The notes beneath the pieces are model-generated. The model was not told where the DNA came from and ran no database searches. It saw only the letters and a list, made by a program, of their open reading frames with translations. 64,000 nucleotides of DNA, taken from Amphiscolops sp. MND2022. Lineage: Eukaryota. Numbering within the stretch: position 1 is the stretch's first letter; each line of letters begins with the position of its first letter. Location of the stretch: assembly GCA_964187785.1 (NCBI GenBank), contig OZ076409.1, positions 66,528,001 through 66,592,000 of the forward strand. The letters run 5' to 3'. The position numbers and the translations under genes were made by a program. Positions 59,986 to 64,000 of this stretch are shown piece after piece.

Positions 59986-62900
59986 TTTTTAATCGGCGCA
60001 TTTTAGTAGAAAATATGCCCGACTCTTACAGTGGGTAGTTTTTAGTCGGCGCTTTTCTAAGGAAAAGTGCCCGACTCTTACAGTGGCTAGTTTTTTTTTC
60101 TTTTTTTTTCGTCAGACTACAATCTCACTCTGATTGGGCCACTTTTCTTACAATCGAAACTACTAAAACTACTAGCATAAGGCCGAGTCCGGTCAGCGGA
60201 AATTAGTGCAAAAGGGTCCCCCTTTCATATTTTACTATTTTACCGTAGCCTACAAAACCGGACGAGACTAAAGGGTCCCCCCTTTAAATTTTTTTTTCGG
60301 CATTGTGCGACTTTTTTTCAAAAATTTTTTAATGTATCAAAAGAGTCCCCCTTTCGAGTTTTTGATATTTTGCAACAAAATATATGTTGATGAAGCCCAA
60401 AGGGTCCCCCTTCTACATTTTTCGGCACTATGCCACTATTTCTGAAAGAAAAAATATTCAAAAATTTTTTTGAAAAAAATTTTTTTGCGCTTCTTGAGCC
60501 TTAGATATAGCGCCGACTTTAGACGTTCCCGTCTTGTTTTTACTCGCGTAAGGTCCACTTGTTTGTTCATTTGTTCAGTTTGACCAAAATATACCGCAAA
60601 CCTTAGAACCTCATCCAAAATTATAAAACCGACGTCCAGAACCTTGAAAACAACTAAGGATCCCCACTTTGGCTATCTGGGTGTTTTAACTTGGATTTTT
60701 TTCGGCACTGAGATTTTTTTTCGAAAATTTTTTGATTGTACCAAAGGGTCCCCCTTCAATTTTTTGATATTTTGGAACATTGTAGATGTTTGAAAGTCCC
60801 AAAGGGTGGTCCCCCTTTCAGATTTTTCGGCACTATGAGACTGTTCAAAATTGTCATTTTTCATCTGCCATTAGGTTTTCTCAATACATATCAACCAATA
60901 TTTTTTCAATGCTATCCGAAATTTGAACATAATATCCGGAGTAAGGCGCTATATCCGAATTTTTGACGTTATTTCCGAAGTATATTCCGTTTCACTGAAG
61001 AGGAGGAGGAGGAGGTTCGAAAACAAGTGCTCGCATTTGTCCCAGCCGCTATATCCGAACTACAAGCTGTGGGACAAATTTCGGTTGGTCATTGAAACCT
61101 CAACTACCCGAAATTGTCAGACAAAACGAATTTCTCCTCACTCCAAACCGTACTGGACCGAGGAACTTTCAGCTATCTCAAGAAAAATGCGGAAAGCTTT
61201 AAAATCCTACCTGACCAGAAACACGGACAACAACCTCGAGGAATATAGGAGGTGGAAAGAAGTTTTTGAGAATACCAGGAAGAAGGCTCTAGAAGATCAC
61301 TTGTCACAGGAAACGTCCAAACTCAACCGAGCACAAGCAGAGGGTTTCTGGAGGCAGTTGAAGCGTATGACGAAATCTAATACAAGCAATCAAATTGAAT
61401 CACTCTGGAGCGACCGGAAAGAAATACTGTCAGGAAATGTAGAAATTGAACACGAAATGTTCGAAACGTTTTTTGAAGCAAAACACATAAAACAGAACGA
61501 GAAAGACTTCGACGAAGACTTCTTCATGGAAACCAATAGTCGATACGAGGACCTGAAGTTGAATGACTTTAAAGGCGTAGAAGAAACTATTAGTGACTTG
61601 AACGACACGATAACAGAAGGTGAAGTCTCGCGAGCCCTCCAAAAGTACAAATGCAACGCAAAAAGCTTCGATAATGCTGGTTTCCATCCCTCGATGCTGA
61701 GAAGGTTGGCCGCGAATGCTATACAGGCACTGACGCATTTATTCAATGGATGCCTCGAAACAGGCTCATGGGTATGGCGTGCAGCGAAAATAATATTTCT
61801 TAGAAAGGAAGGTAAAACCTCATATGCAAGTGCCGGCGCATACCGGCCGATTTCAATAACTCCTTTCATTGGAAAAGTGCTTGAGAAAATATTAACGGAA
61901 CGATTAGCCAAACACTTAAATCGAGTCAATGTGTGGGACAAAAATCAAGAAGGGTTCTCCAAGAACAACAACACTATCCGGTATCTTAACAGGTTAGTGA
62001 ATCAGATAAAGGACGAGAAACAAAGCAAAAGGAAGACGGTATGCCTCTTCATCGACTTCGAGAAGGTCTATGACACGGTATGGAAGAAGGGCTTAGCTGT
62101 CAAGTTGCGGGGAAAAGGAGTAACGGGGAAGTTTATGAACCTCTTGGACAGCTTCATGAACAATAGGGAGATACAGCTGCAAGTAAACGAAATGAAGGGC
62201 CCCAACCGAGAATGTGGGGAATACGGGCTCCCACAAGGATCAGTGATATCTCCAATTCTCTTCAAGTTCTTCTTACATGATTTTGAGGAAAGTTTTGATG
62301 ATCGGAATAACATAGCCATATACAAATTCGCTGACAACGGAACAGTCAAAGTTTCGGGAAACAAGTTGGGAGAGGCAATGTCAGAAATGAAGATTGTGAT
62401 GAACGCTATCGATGTATGGACGAAGCGGTGGAGAATGGTGATAAACTGTCAGAAGGACAAAACAGAACTCATTCATTTTTCACCGGCGGCAAAACAACAA
62501 CAGTTGTATCCAATACCTCTTGGGAGCAATAGTATACAATTTACCTCAGCAACAAAAGTATTGGGAGTCTGCATCGACAATAAACTATCTTTCGAAGATC
62601 ACAGCTGTAAAATGGCGAAGAAAATGTGCAACAGATGGAGGATGATTACCAGATTAACGAGCAGGACCAATGGTCTCAATCACCAAGTCATAGTAAAACT
62701 CATTACAACTACATTTCTTCCGATTCTTCTCTATGGGGGTATAGTATGGATGACAACCAAGAACATTCGGTCGATAAATGGTATCTGGTACGAAATGTTG
62801 AAGCGATCCATTGGGGCAATTTACAATGTAAACCAATCCATTGCAGAGGTTATTACAGGTCTACCACCGCTGTCGGTCTGGAACAAGATGAACTCTATTA

Positions 62901-63970
62901 AACACTACCTGAAAACATTTCAACAGAGCGGGGTTTCCAAAAACGACGTGTACATGGACTACATAAACAAAAAATTAGTGGCTGCCCAGGATCAACAATC
63001 GCAAAAGGTTTGAAAGACGTGGTTCGCTTCCTGGAGTGGAAAAGAACCGAACGCCCGGGGTGTTTTACTGAAATCGAACACAGTCTAATGGAGGAGCAAA
63101 AACGTAACCTGAGTCGATTGGTCTACCTTAGCTCGAACTGTTACTCATACGACAGAAGTCTTATAGCAAAGTACTCTGAAATTCTGTGGCAGGAGTCGAT
63201 AAACAATACGTTGTCGCTAGAGGGAAAAGCGAACATCCCAAAGGTGTCGTGCGAGCCCTTACCGATTCCACCGGACTTCTCACGACTAGATGAAGTGCTG
63301 TATATGAGTTTATTTTATGAAAACAATACAATGTACCATTTTCTTTGGCAACGAAGTCTGGTAGAATCGCCCCTATGCCGATGCATGGAAGATATTCAGA
63401 CTGTAGAACACATTTTGTGTGATTGTCCAATGGTAGAAGAAGATGTGAAGCGTCAACTAGATGAATTCAACTGGAAGAACCTGGGTTACGGGCGTGCAGA
63501 CATTACAGTAGACCTTTTGAACTGTTCGAGGAATCCAGAATTAGCAACAATTTGCAAGAAGATTATAAGAAACCCGAAGCTCAAATTATGGCAGCAGAAA
63601 TAAGAGACAAACAGAAGTAGCTGGTTATCATAAAGACGAATGGAATTTGCAAAAAGAACAAGCGCTCCGAAGAAAGCGCATCAGAGAAATTATAGAGAGG
63701 TCAAAACAAAGCCAGAGTACCTCTATGGACACTAAAATGCCCACAGTAGGCAGTAAAAGAAATCATCATCATCATTATATCCGAACTTCTGAAGCGTTTT
63801 CCCAGCACGGAAGGCTTCCTTTGGGTGAAACTTTTTTGTGTGTTCTAACCCCGTTGTATTTTTTCGGCACTGTGAGATTAAGAATTTTAAAAAAATCCTC
63901 GACGTTTTGAAGTACTTTTGCTCCTTTCGAGCCTTGAGCGGGCGACGACTTTGCCGTTCCCTGCTTGTTT
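59986..63970 (+). mobile_element. HINE family A copy interrupted by another family A copy (about 60039-60538) and by a LINE; a further copy begins near 63970
   Basis: Family termini at 59986, 60039, 60538 and 63970. Confidence 0.7.
61062..63775 (+). mobile_element. 5'-truncated LINE (I/Jockey-group-like RT), nearly intact ORF2 with one frameshift near 63010
   Basis: KEGKTSY..AGAYRPIS, DFEKVYD, GLPQGSVISP, KFADNG, C-terminal CRC..TVEHILCDC; (CAT)n tail at 63761-75; 12-bp TSD TATATCCGAACT (61050-61, 63776-87). Confidence 0.9.
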
Positions 63971-64000
63971 TTAGTCGGCGCTTCATGAAGTGAAACGCGA

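Overview
Eukaryotic (animal) genomic DNA. Almost the whole window is one + strand gene, a USP9X/fat facets-type deubiquitinase. I reconstructed 27 coding exons by hand (1771 to about 59811/59871, roughly 2,770-2,790 aa), with reading phase consistent at every junction; the 3' end may continue beyond the window. The introns are packed with transposons: several Helentron-associated (HINE/DINE-1-like) non-autonomous families, hAT/piggyBac/Tc1/MULE/Merlin-type MITEs, a decayed hAT transposase element with nested insertions, and three LINEs. The most unusual signal is in the splicing. Three introns are best explained by a non-canonical GG donor with the same motif (AG|GGATG...AG), and a fourth may use GC. 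In these introns, and more weakly in many GT-AG introns, an intron-specific reverse complement of the 5' splice-site region lies just upstream of the 3' AG. This suggests intron definition by end-to-end RNA pairing. Protein and element assignments come from motif recognition and my recollection of human USP9X, not from database searches.
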